NCBI GenBank assembly: GCA_046563655.1
Contig: CM102284.1
Span: 62,001-126,000, forward strand
Direction: 5' to 3'
DNA from: Yuukianura sp. NJ FZ-2021
Taxonomy: Eukaryota
Length of the DNA: 64,000 nucleotides
A program made the translations under genes and the position numbers. This document shows positions 38,130-50,750 of the stretch, piece by piece (position 1 is the first letter of the stretch; every line of letters begins with the position of its first letter). The notes beneath the pieces are model-generated. The model was not told the DNA's origin, searched no databases, and saw nothing but the letters and a program-made list of their open reading frames with translations.

Positions 38130-39930
38130 ATTTTGACTAGAGGAAACTGTAGAGGTTACAGAAATCCTCTCAGTCTCAGACGAGTAATGAGAGCAGGGCT
38201 TATCGAATTCAGTCACGAAATAAATAAGTAGAAGCAACAAAGTGCATGGAGTAAGGACCTAATAATTAATACTCTTCAAATTGTAATTAGATTAATTAAA
38301 ACCAATGGATCTTAACTTTACTGTTCAAAGCTAACTAAACCTCTTTCGTTTTCTATTTTTTAAAATGCCCAGCTTTGAAGGGATGAAATAGTGAAGTGTC
38401 AAAAGGTGTTTGTAGGATTCATTTATTTTTTTCAAATTTTAAATTGAGCAGTTGGCGCCTTTGAGTCAAGAAGAGCGTCATGTCTTCTTATGAACATCAA
38501 AAATACTTTGGAGAAAGTTGATTCGTCATTTGCAGCCTTAGGAACTTTAATGATTAATTTGGAACTTAAAATGGCAACTGACCAACTTTAAACAATTTTT
38601 GCAAGTGTATTGCATATTTCTCCAACATAAGAAACATTTACTTCAGTAATAACTCCATTGTAAGTCTTGTTTTCACTTAAAAATTCCATTTTCAAACGAA
38701 AACAAAAACTAGAAAGAAAGCTGGTGAAAGTAAGGTGGAGAAAGTGAAATTGGAAAGCATTTGAACTTTGAAGTTTGTCTGGACAAGCGAAAATTGATTT
38801 AGAGTTTGTGTTTTGAGAGTAGACAAAACTCAAAATGAAACTGAAAGTGGAGCCAACTCCTAAGAACTCTCCCTGTTCTCAGGAACTTTCTGTATTTTTC
38901 ACACTCCAGAAATTGAAGTTTTCCTTACGAAATGCTGAAGGAAACGCATGACAAATGACTTTTTACACAATAAAATTAAGTAAAACTGTCTTTCTTGTCT
39001 CTTCGCATGAAAAAACAATAATTTCAGCATTAATTGGCCTTTTTAGGCCTGTTTTCGGTTAAATGACCCGAGAAATGCATTTTTTAACTTGCAAGAGAAA
39101 AGGACAAAGAAAGTTTAGGGAAAGGATGCAGAAAAAGCGAAATTGAGCAGCTTTTGGAACTTCTATTTGGATTCAAAAGCGAAAGTGCATGGAGAAGACG
39201 TGAGTTTGGCCGTCAAAAACCAAATTAAAATTGAAGTGGAGTGAACTCCAATGGATTCTGCCTGTTCTGAGGAACTTTCTCCGGTTTTCCACAAAATGTT
39301 TTGTTTTTGGGGGTTTGGAGTTGGGATGGTCCCTGCATGCATTTTTTCCATTGCCACCCACTCCCTCCCCCAACATCCAACTCCAAAAGAGTAAAATCCA
39401 AAGGAATCCTACTCCTTCCAGCTTCATATAAAAGGGAAGCTCACGAAATTTTTCCTCTTCACTCAATCGAATCCAGTGGAGCTTCCACCGTTCTCGTCCG
39501 CTGTGACCTATGACCCTTCACTCTTGTTTTTCTTATGACTAAGTGTTTGACCCAGAAGGTCAAGGCCACGACATTTCCGGATGTTGATTTTAGAAAACTC
39601 AGTTAATCATTGATTAACTTATCTTGCTTCATTCGGAGATTTTTTGTGCGTTGGTTGAGGTGATTTTGGTTTCTTTTCCTTTTATATGAAGGCAAGAGGA
39701 GTAACTTGTTACTCTTCCGGTTCTATTTATAACATTTCCTATCCCAGGTGCGGACCTTTTCGGCTAACAAAAATTCCGCAACAATTTTGTATTTGAATAA
39801 TTTTGTCTCAAGTCCAAGTCACCTTGAAGGCTAATTCTCAGAAACTAACAGAAACTGCAGAGAGATTATCTCAGGATTAGGCAAATTTGAACTTCGACTT
39901 GAGACAAAATTGCGGGAATTCTTCCTAAAT
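38130..39930 (+). repeat. Unclassified dispersed repeat, copy A (contains TATA-Inr module at 39427-39464)
   Basis: Near-identical core to copies B (inverted), C and D; left boundary fades gradually; no recognisable transposase, LTR or TSD. Confidence 0.92.
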
Positions 39931-39948
39931 TCATTGGTTTGATTTATA

Positions 39949-40634
39949 CCCTAATTCCTTGCCTACAAGCCGCACTCGCGTATGAGCCGCACCAAGGAAT
40001 TCTCAAAAATACCTTGATAGCGCAAAAACGCAAACTTTAAAGTTTAAAAAGGAAACTGTACAAATTAGTATAGTTTCAGGTTAATTGTACTTTCATCGTG
40101 CAACTCCATTTTTTTTATATTTTTTTTCTAAAATAACTTATGTACCCCTGACCAGGAAAATATATATTTTTTTTACTAGACTCTCAAAAACTGAAATTTT
40201 TAAAAAGTTTGAAAATTGAAATGTCCCCATAAGGGCTCATGTAAATTTGTTCTGAACGTTTTACAACTTAACTCGGTTACGTTTTAAAGGGCTTAAACAT
40301 TGTTGGTAGGTTAGGTTAGTTTTTTTCAGAAAGAAATTATAAAATCCGAGTTACCCGGTGAAAGTAAAATTATTCCCAGTTTCCTCAAAACATCTTTTAA
40401 TTATGCACGAATTCGTACAAATTTGATTCGTTAGACACCAGAACCGTGTCAAAAATGCTGGATTTGATGAATTAACATTAGATGAAACCCGTTTTAAATA
40501 GGATTTAAAACATTTACCGGCAATTCCGACAAATTTTTAACAAAATTCTTCAGTTTTCAGCGAAAAAAAATTTTGTTTTCAAAAATTTTCGGAATTTCTC
40601 AGATAAGCCGCGGCTTGTAGGCGAGGAATTAGGG
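39949..40634. mobile_element. TA-targeting (Tc1/mariner/pogo-like) MITE, 686 bp
   Basis: 25-bp TIR CCCTAATTCCTYGCCTACAAGCCGC (1 mismatch); TA at 39947-39948 and 40635-40636; repeated subterminal AGCCGC motif. Confidence 0.85.
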
Positions 40635-41440
40635 TAGTATTATCTCTGCCGGATGCAGGAACAGGAAGATGTCATTAGACACACTGTGGAATTGGATCCA
40701 TCATCGACATGTCACTGGCAAATCCCTCTATTTTCGATTCTTGTTTTGTGTTGAAACCGATGAACGAATACCGGTTTTCACCTTTTCTATTTCTTCCAAT
40801 GGTAAGTTCTAATTTGTTGTCTTATCCTGTGGCTATGAAAGTAGAATTTAGAGTAATCAATTCATTTGGACTAGTTTCTGCCTTGGGCTGAACAAAGTGA
40901 CCATCACACCTTGTTACTGGTATGTCCACTTGGTGTCAATTATGGTTTATTCCGCAGGGAGCCTTGGAGTGGGGAAGTGGAATTCTGGATCATTGGGCTG
41001 GTGGCACACATTCGTCAGTGGATCTCTGTGCAGAACGCCACCATTTTGGGAGATTGGGAAGGTAGGGAGCTTAGTAATACTAAGTTAGTATGTGAGCAGG
41101 ATCTGGGATTGTTGCATAACGAGTTTTGTGACATAAGGAAGACGAGGGAAGGTGCCAAGAATGGCCAAGGAGGCCAGGAGATGCAGCCCTTGGATCTTCA
41201 GTCGACGACCAGAGTGCCCTTCGTCAGGGTCTCCGTCAGAAGCACCACGATCAAGGTCATCTCACACACTTCCACTCTTCTGTGTCCGTGCACTTACTCA
41301 ACTTTCAACTGGCAAGGTTATGTGTCAAAGTGACCACCTCTGGATCTGTTGAGTCGAGCTTTTGAACTGTAAAGGACAACTGGTGCTGTGTTGTCTGTGT
41401 CAAATCCGGAGATTACTCGGGATCTCAATTGGATCCAATC

Positions 41441-44400
41441 ATGGTAAGCGCATTTCAATTTCTTGTCTAAGATTTGGTTGATTTGAAATGCGGAGGAACG
41501 TCTGTTTTAATTTTCGGTTGGGGAAATGTGAAGCTATTGGAACAAATAGGCTCAGTTTGAGCAGTTAAATCGTTAGTCAACTCGTCTTAACCATTAACTT
41601 TAATGAAAGACTTAAGTATGGGGTTATGACATTCCTTTGGATGATGAATTCCAATGTATTTGGATCAGTTGGTTATTTGTGATATGATTGTTTATTTGGC
41701 CCTGATCTCAAACTTAAAACCGGTTTCCGCCGTCACTTTTTATGCATCTGGGGAGGAACTCGTGGGTCGATTGACCTACTGCTGCAGTAGGTCCACTCTG
41801 AATCAAGGACAGAGCCGCAAACAACCAATAAAACAACATTTTAACGACTTGTCAATTTGCCAAAACTAATTGATTAACTCTTTAGTATTCTGAGCATAAT
41901 CGTTACTCAATTATTTCATAAATCAAAGCCCAGTTTAAATCAAAAGATGCTACAATGATTTTGATGTGTTTTTGATTGCAGAAGATCCTGTGGTTAGTGC
42001 TAGTGCAACTGACGCTTGCAAATGCCTTTCGTTCTGCCATTCCGTTTCCGTACCGAGAGGAGCTGGAATTTCTGACTTCAGAGGAAGAAGAGAGACTGAT
42101 TTTGGGAAAAGACTTGTCAGTGATCAGTGACAAGATCCAGGACATTCCACCGCAACGAGAGGAACCACCCAATTCAGAAGAGCCACTTCCAGTTCCCACC
42201 ATGGACCCACCACTTCCCAAACATCTTCCCAAAAAACGTCCACCCAAGAAATCGCTAAGAAAGTTTCCTTTCAAAATCCCTCGGACACTCAACATGCTAA
42301 GTGTAAGAGCCAAAAAAAACTTTGTTAAAAAATGAAAAGTTGACTTTGATTTTCCTGAAATTCTTAATTATTCGATTCTAATTGTAAAATGTTCCTGAAT
42401 TTTGCAGATGATGACTGCTCCTTTGACCAGAAAACCGAGAATGCGTAGTGTGATGCCAGTGCCAAACTATCGATCGCGACCTTCGACCCTTGTGTCATCT
42501 GAGCCCGATCAGCTGGAAATGGCATTCAAAAGAATAGAAATTATGGCTTCCAGAGCCGGTCTTAACATGTCTTCTATGCCACGCAGCACTCAGATGGAAG
42601 TGGTTAAGCGGTTAGTCCCCAAACTGCCACCACGCATGTCACACCTCGTCCAGAATGCTGTTGATTCCAAGTCGGACAAAATGTATCACTACCTTCCAGA
42701 GCCCATGGCTGAACCAAATGTCAAGCAATCTCCAGATTTCTCTTCCTATCACATCCACGAAGATGCTCATGATGAATTCGAATCTCCCGCCGGAAGACCA
42801 ACTTCCAGTAACGATTTTGACCCAGAGAAAGTGAGCATAACAAGCGGAGGTTACAACGATGGAGATTTCTCACACTTACCATCTATAACCACCTCCTTTG
42901 ACCATGGACCAAGTTCTGGATTGTTGCCGCCTTCTGACAAATGGGCTCAGGATGACTACAGTTCTCATCGAAGTGACGACGGAAGGACGCAGTACACCAG
43001 AGATTTCAAACTCATGGACTCTGATGGATCCAGAATAGTCGCATCTCATTTGGTTTCTGATCGAGGTCAAGAGGTCATCGAAGCAGAGGAATCCAATGAT
43101 GCTCCGCTCATTATCTCCGCCCATCCAAGAAACAACAAATCAATCAAAGTGAGTTCTGTCAGAAGTGCTGCTGCAACTCCTCCACCATTTCGAGTTGTAA
43201 CTCCAACTAAAGACAGGATCACAACCACCAGAAGACCAATTCGAGTAAGCATTATCAGCAAAGACACGATCAACACAAATCGCTCTTCAAATAGCGGAGA
43301 GAGTATTGTGAAGGTCATTGAAATTGAGCCAGTGCCAGACGATGAAGACGAAACTGTTTCAGCGATTGTGCAGGAAATCAAGGAAGATCCACCACAAACT
43401 ACTGCTGCACCAAGCAGAGTAAAGGAAATCAGCAAGGACATTATCCAGGAAGAGGAGGCTAAACATAAGAAAGAACGGAAACCGCTGGTCACTCCGACAA
43501 CTACTCCGCGTGTCACGACCACAACAACAGAAGCAGTGATCCCTGACCTCCATAAATTAGATCTTTATGATGATTGGACTGAGGATTCAGTTGACGAATG
43601 GGCCACTGACCCCTACGAACTCACTGACGAAGAAATCGCTTCCACTGTCGCTGAATTGAAAAAGTACGAAGAACAAGGAATTCTGGACAACAGTTTAGAG
43701 CAGGAGTTTCCATGGAGATTGGCCCCGCATCCACTGGAATATCCTGATCATCCAGATCACCCCAGAGATTCAGTAGAGGAAGTAACTAGCAAAACAGAAA
43801 GTCCAACGGAGAAAGAGAAACTGCCAACTAAAGTTCAGCAGTCTTCTGGACCAATAAAACGACCACCTCCTTACGGAGGACCAATGAGAAGACCGCCTTT
43901 TGGAATGCCACGCAGACCTCCCATGAGAAGACCATTTCCACCGAAACGACCACCTCCACATATGCGACCACGCCCCCGACCACCTCCTGGTCCACGCCCA
44001 TTTAGAATCAATGAGGTCACTGTGAGTGAAATCCCAAAGGAGTACAACAAGGAGTGCGACTACTTCAGTGAAGAGTTGTGTCTCGTAGTTCAAGACTATC
44101 CAATGTAACAATCTAACAATATTTACACTTTTTACTAAATATTATCATTGCCTTTCTAACTTTTTGTGATGTTGTTGCAGTGAAGCGATTTCTGAAGCGA
44201 TGGAGAAGCATCCAGCAGCTTCCAGTCTTTTGGTGAAGGAGCCTGAAGTGTCTTCGTGGGTCGACGGAATTCCGAAATCTCAAGAAAACAGTTACAACTT
44301 TAAGCATTACTTTGGGCTGAGAAGAAGCGAGGAAGAGACGACACATCGACATCGAGACTTTGCAGGAGAAGGGGGCTTCCTTTGGTCATTACTAAAAATA

Positions 44401-46033
44401 CAAAATTACATGTGTCATAACGAATAACTTAGAGTTCCTTTTGGATTTTTAGTCCAAGTAAAGTAGCTTACGGTCAAGTGAAGAAGGCCAGGTCAAGTTC
44501 TACCGGAGAGTGGAAGTATGTCGTCAACTACGCCGACAACACACAGACACTGCGACTCGAAAAGTGCTTGTAAGTTTTCACTCAAACTGATTTTGTTTGG
44601 AATTTGGAAATATGATTTTATAGTTTCAAAATTATTAAATGATTATTGTTACAGGTCTCCTGGTAATACTTGTTCGTATGTGATGCCGCACTACCGAACA
44701 GCTTGCACCCAAGTCTACAACTACCATCGGTAAACATTTCCGAATTCCGACCATTTGAACATCCGTTCGCCGACTCTCATTTTTTTTCTACTTTTTTAGA
44801 TTACTCGCTTGGGAACCAGAAAAAGGGCTCCATGTAGACGTCTTCAAGGTACTCAAAAGACGGATTGTGTAATTTCTATTTTATAATTTTTGTAACTTTG
44901 GTCTTTGACCTTGGTGTGTCTGTTTAGGTTCCTACTTGCTGTACCTGTCACGTCCAAGGATACTACATTCCGCAACAACAACATGGATTCACTCCAGCAC
45001 GCAGACTCCCACCGAGACTCAAATTTGGCCCACCAAGGAACCCTGCATGGCCGAAGAAGATTCCACCGCATGCTCCACCTCAGCCCAAGCCTTGGCCTAC
45101 TCCCGCTCCTGTCGACACCAAGGACAAGGACGATCTCCAGAATTTGTTAGCCCAGTACTCAGCACTCAGGGAGAAAATTGCCAAAAAGAAAAGTGAGTTG
45201 AAATACGTTTTTTTTTTAAATAATGAACAAGCATGCAAAAGTAATACGCTAGAAAGTTGGAAGGTGTGATGTAGTTTGAGAAAAACAATCTTATTGGAAA
45301 ATTTTAATGTTACATGAATGAGGAAAGTGCATTTTAAAGTTTTAACTGTGACTTGCATCAAACTAAAAATCTTGGTAGTATAAGCAAATTAGCTAGTAAA
45401 TCTGGGATTTCGGAATTACCTTTTCATTAGTATACAACATTATAAGTTTCATGATATTTTTACTTTTTTGCAGATGAGAACTTGCAAGTTTCTTACAGTG
45501 TGAGCGTAGGGAATGGAACTGACTCTCTGAAACCGAAGACTCGAGAGTCTCGGACATCTTCGCAGTATCCATTAGGGAAGATGAATAAACTGCTCAAGTT
45601 GAAGATGTTGACGGAGAAGTTGAAGAAGATGAATGGAACGGGGAAAGTGAAGGGGAAGATGAAGGGTCCTCTGGCCAGAGCCCTTCTGCTGGCTCGTCTC
45701 TCAGAGAAACTGAAGTCTGCCAAGTCACGAAGCATGCGTGGGAGATCGCTCAAGATGGGATCGGAGAATACTGCGAGCAAAAGCAGACTGCAGACTCGGA
45801 TTCAGATGCTTCGGTCGAGACTGAACAAGTACAACGAACGGAAGAAGATTTCGGAGTCCAGTCGGGACGGAATGCGGACGAAGGGCAGGAATAAGTCCCC
45901 CTCTGACCAGGTCAGTGCGAACCAGAGGCTGAGGTTGGGTGGGAACAGACCGAAGAACAAAGTGAACTACTCCTACCACCCCATCATGGACTACTTCAAC
46001 AGTCGACCTGCCAAACATCAAAACAATCCCTGA
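41441..46033 (+). CDS. NT1: Neurotrophin-1 / spaetzle2-like cystine-knot Toll ligand
   Basis: ATG|gtaagc spliced to KILWLVLVQLTLANA (signal); long prodomain with CDYFSEELCLVVQDYP; knot GGFLC|PSKVAYGQVKKARSSSTGEWKYVVNYADNTQTLRLEKCL|SPGNTCSY...CTQVYNYHR|LLAWEPEKGLHVDVFK|VPTCCTCHVQGY; C-terminal KVNYSYHPIMDYF, as recalled for insect NT1. Confidence 0.9.
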
Positions 46034-46390
46034 AGTCACCTGATTAATTTGGCATTTGTGCTGAAATGAAAAATATTTGTACTTTTAAACAAGGAGCATG
46101 CGAGTGCCATGTCCAAGTCAAAGGTTTAGTTAGTGACAAAATGCTGCTGGCATTAACCACGGTAGTTACGTGTTAACAGTGTAAGTTCATTTGTTGGGTT
46201 TTTGTTTAAGTTTGTCTGTAATTTATTATTGTTGATTCGTGTTAAGTGTGAAAGTGGGTTTAGAAGTAGGCTCGAACTTGACTAAAAATTATCCCAAAGT
46301 GTACTTTTTAGTATAACTAATTTAAAAACAATTGTATTTTTTTAAAAAGTAAAAACGTTGTTCTGCCCGTGACTTGAACTGCAGTGACTT

Positions 46391-47989
46391 TTAGTGGTAA
46401 CCATGGTGTCCGTGACCCCCATAGCCGGAATGGCCGTGACTTCCGTGGTGACCATGATGGGCATTATTTCCATGTGACCCTCTGTATCCTTGGTGATGAG
46501 CATTGTTGTGACCCCTGCAACAAAAGACAAGTATTTAGCTCAATCCACTTTTCGTAAATTACGAATTGTAATGTTGAATTTTGACCTGTTGTGATGACCG
46601 TAGGTATTATGGTGATTGCCGTGATGCCCGCCGTGGTGATGACCTGCATGTAATAAAAAGTATTTTTATTTTATAACATGTAATGCGTAAGTAATTGACA
46701 ATTTTGTGAATGTTTGACTTAAGTTTACCTCCGTGGTGTTGATTTCCGTGATGATGATTGTAGTGATTGTGGTGGTGACCTACCGAAATCAGACAAAATC
46801 AGTGCTTGAATCTGCCTTTAAATTCCAGAACTGAAAGATTTGTAAATGCTGGATTACTCTTACCTTTTTTCCCGTGGTGGCCATCGTTATCTGAGACAAG
46901 AGAGAGATTAGTTGTTAAACTTTGAATTGTGCTAACTTTTATTGAATTCCTTACGATAATTGTCATAAAAGCGGACGTGCTTCTTGTACTCGTCTTTGTG
47001 ATGCTGTGGGACAAAAGATCCAGTTACACAGATACAAATTCCACTCTTACCTCACCTCTAACTGTTCTGTTGATTTTAATCAAAGCTCCTCAAAATAAGG
47101 AGGTCACTGACCTTCAGATGGTATCCGTCCACATGATGGCCCTACATTAAAATATCAATGCTTAGCAACTTAACACAAAGTTAGATTTGCCAAAATGTAT
47201 GGATAGTTGAACGTACTTTCTTGTGATGATTGTTGTGCCCGTAGTGATTTGCTAAATAATTAATTAGTCTCATTTCATAAATTGTAATTACATAGCAGTA
47301 TAAGTTATGTTTATTTACCGTGATGCCCACCACCTCCGCCATATTTCCCACCATGATGATGACCTTTCAGTTAAAACTTTTCAAAATTTCAATTCTAAAG
47401 TTGTGAGGTGTAAAAGAGAAATGAAAAGGGAGCCAAAGTTTCTTTAATTCCTTACCGCCATAATGATGTCCACCATACTTCTTTCCGTGATGTCCGTGTG
47501 ACCCCTTGTAGTGACCATTATCCTAAAAACAATCAATATTAAATATTAAAATAATATTAAAACAGTTAAGAACCTTAGATACGACGTTAGTTATAATGAG
47601 AAATGATGTTTACATGATGTCCACGGTGTCCATGGTGGTGTCCGTAATGATCATGATGCCCCTTGTGTGCATTGTGTCCATAATTGTTGTGATGATGATG
47701 ATGGTTGGAGTGGTGGTGATGATCTGGATGGTAGTGTCCTGTAAACAAGTCAAACTTCAATACAATCCTGAGCGGGAGCAATTCTTCAAGTCAACTTTTA
47801 TCTGAATAGACATTCACCTGTTTCCGACGCTTCCAATTCTGTTCCTCCAGACAGTGTTGGTTTCTCTACCAACTCCAAGTGATCTCTGCGAGAGGATTCG
47901 TGTCCATCGATGATCAACTGAGCAGTTGAAATAGCGAGGACTGTGGTGACCAGGAGTGCCCTTAAGTGTCCTCCGTAGACCACCATCAT
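46391..47989 (-). CDS. Secreted His/Gly-rich protein (DUF4779-like, probably cuticular), 11 exons
   Basis: Signal MMVVYGGHLRALLVTTVLAISTA and ELEASETG, then ten short His/Gly exons all in compatible phase; motif HHKDEYKKHVRFYD; ends GHHGYH* (TAA 46391-46393); TATTTAA ~50 nt upstream of ATG. Confidence 0.9.
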
Positions 47990-48684
47990 TGCCACAAACT
48001 GAGGAACTGACACAAGAGGAAATCTGCATCGTCCTTAAATAGGATCAAAAAGAAACGGAAGTAGACGAGGGAACGATGGAAGTTCCAAGAAAGTGCAAAA
48101 TGAACTGCGTAATTGACGGCGATTGGGATGAAATCATGCAGATCAGTCGTGTGCCAAGCACAGATCACTCCCACTCTTGTGTTATATTCAAATGCAGCAG
48201 TTTGATTTTCCTCCTGGATTGAATCCCCATTTGAACAGCATTTCCGGTGACAATTGCAGCCTAGAGAGATCAAATGAAATAGAAACTTCATTTCAAACCG
48301 GAATTCTTAAAAATTGTAGTTTTATTTAAATTTGTACTCTTACGTGTGTATGTTCTATGAAGTATTATGAAAACTTCAATAATTTGAAAGGTAATCGAAG
48401 GTGTAAATTGTTTCCGCTCCACAAAATACCCAATGATCCATGCAGAGAAATATAAAACCTTACAAGACGTACATCTCATTTTGTCACTTTCTATCCACGA
48501 CCAAACGAACGATGTCTCTTCTGTGTCTCTTCGGATTCTCTGAGCTACGCGCCTCCTTCTTCAACAACTTCTAAAAACTGGAATTTAATTGATAAATTTA
48601 AGTTAACTAATCGATTAGTAATCCCTTTCCTTTGGTTCTCCAATTAATTTTCTTTTCTGTTTGTTTGATTTTAACTTTTGAATT

Positions 48685-50500
48685 TTGGAAACGAGTTCCC
48701 GCAATTTTGTCTCAAGTCGAAGTTCCAATCTGCCTAATCCTGAGATAATCCATCTGCAGCTTCTGTTGTTTTCTGAGAATTAGCCTTCAAGGTGACTCGG
48801 ACTTGAGACAAAATTATTCAAAAACAAAATTGTTGCGGAATTTTTGTTAGCCGAAAAGGTCCGCACCTGGGATAGGAAATGTTATAAATAGAACCGGAAG
48901 AGTAACAAGTTACTCCTCTTGCCTTCATATAAAAGGAAAAGAAACCAAAATCACCTCAATCAACGCACAAAAAATCTCCGAATGAAGCAAGATGCCACTA
49001 AAAGTTAATCAATGATTAACTTAATTTTCTAAAATCAACATCCGTAAATGCCATGACCTTGACCTTCTGGGTCAAACACTTAGTCATAAGAAAAACAAGA
49101 GTGAAGGGTCATAGGTCACAGCACAGCGGTCACAGAGAACGGTGGAAGTTCCACTGGATCCGATTGAGTGAAGAGGAAAAATTTCGTGAGCTTCCCTTTT
49201 ATATGAAGCTGGAAGGAGTAGGATTCCTTTGGATTTTACTCTTTTGGAGTTGGATGTTGGGGGAGAGAGTGGGTGGCAATGGAAAAAATGCATGCAGGGA
49301 CCATCCCAACTCCAAACCCCCAAAAACAAAACATTTTGTGTGGAAAAACGGAGAAAGTTCTTCAGAACAGGCAGAATCCATTGGAGTTCACTCCACTTCA
49401 ATTTTAATTTGGTTTTTGACGGCCAAACTCACGTCTTCTCCATGCACTTTCGCTTTTAAATCCAAGTAGAAGTTCCAAAAGCTGCTCAATTTCACTTCTT
49501 TTCCATCCTTTCCCTAAACTTTCTTTGTCCTTTTCTTTTGAAAGTTAAAAAATGCATTTTTTCAGGTCATTTAACCGAAAACAGGGCTAAAAAGGCCAAT
49601 AGATGCTGAAATTATTGTTTTTTCATGCGAAGAGACAAGAAAGACAGTTTTACTTAATTTTATTGTGTGAAAAGTCATTTGTCATGCTTTTCCTTCATCA
49701 TTTCGTAAGGAAAACTTCAATTTCTTGAGTGTGAAAAACACAGAAAGTTCCTGAGAACAGGGAGACTCCGTAGCAGTTGACTCCACTTTCAGTTTCATTT
49801 TGAGTTTTGTCCACTCTAAAAACACAAACTCTAAATCAATTTTCGCTCGTCCAGACAAACTTCAACGTTCAAATGCTTTCCAATTTCACTTTCTCCACCT
49901 TACTTTCACCAGCTTTCTTTCTAGTTTTTGTTTTCGTTTGAAAATGGAATTTTTAAATGAAAACAAGGCTTACAATGGAGTTATTACTGAAGTAAATGTT
50001 TCTTATATTGGAGAAATATGCAATACACTTGCAAAAATTGTTCAAAGTTAGTCAGTTGCCATTTTAAGTTCCAAATTAATCATTAAAGTTCCAAAGGCTG
50101 CAAATGACGAATCAACTTTCTCCAAAGTATTTTTGATGGTCATAAGAAGACATGATGCTCCTGTTGACGAAAAGCGCCAACTACTCAATTTAAAATATTA
50201 AGAAATATATGAGTCCAACAGACAGGTTTCCACACTTTACTTTCTGCAGCCTTTAGAGTCGGGCGTTTAAAAGAATAAAAATAAAAATTGGTGAAGCTAT
50301 GCTTAGACGTAAGCTTAATGCACGATGGTTTTAATTAATCTAATTTTAATTTGAAGCGCGTTAATTATTCTGTGCTTATCGTATGCACTTTGTTGTTTCT
50401 GTTAATTTAATTTGTGACTTAATTCCATATGCTGCATGGGTGAAGAGAACATGTGTGTACCCTCCACAGTTGCCTATATTCAAAATTCTAATTATGCTTC
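48685..50500 (-). repeat. Unclassified dispersed repeat, copy B (inverted relative to A)
   Basis: Reverse complement aligns with 38130-39930; TATA starts at 49203 (-), Inr-like A at 49169. Confidence 0.92.
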
Positions 50501-50750
50501 AATGAATTATGAATCCTACCGTGACCGTGATGATGATGAGTTACTACTTAACTTACTATTAATTCATGCAAAAAGTTTTCCTGCAAAGATTAACCGATTG
50601 ATTAAGAAGAAGCCTCTGCAACGAACGAAACGGTAAGTTATCAGGGAAGTAGAGAATTACAAATTATTAATCAGTAGTCGCCAATAATTCTTAGTTATTA
50701 GGAAAGGAACAATTATTGTTTGGTGTAATTGGATATCAAGATGGTACCAG

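Noticed and set aside
38588-39513. Recurring short ORFs in the dispersed repeat (MSFVHSKNTN.., MKWSELQW.., MSEEEKFREL..) and a possible spliced MEFLNENKAYNGVITE|AANDESTFSK peptide
   Set aside because: Recurrence follows from DNA identity. Copies differ by frame-breaking indels, most starts are non-ATG, and no domain is recognisable.
38130-39930. Dispersed repeat as solo LTR or Helitron
   Set aside because: No TG..CA ends, TSD, primer-binding site or polypurine tract, or clear TC..CTRR termini, and boundaries differ between copies. Left unclassified.
40911-41333. 140-aa ORF upstream of NT1
   Set aside because: Non-ATG start in intronic sequence and no motif; better explained as 5'UTR exon sequence ending in ATG|gtaagc.
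42876-44111. Antisense ORFs over NT1 (similarly over tau, MDH2 and Zasp)
   Set aside because: Shadow frames of real coding exons on the opposite strand.
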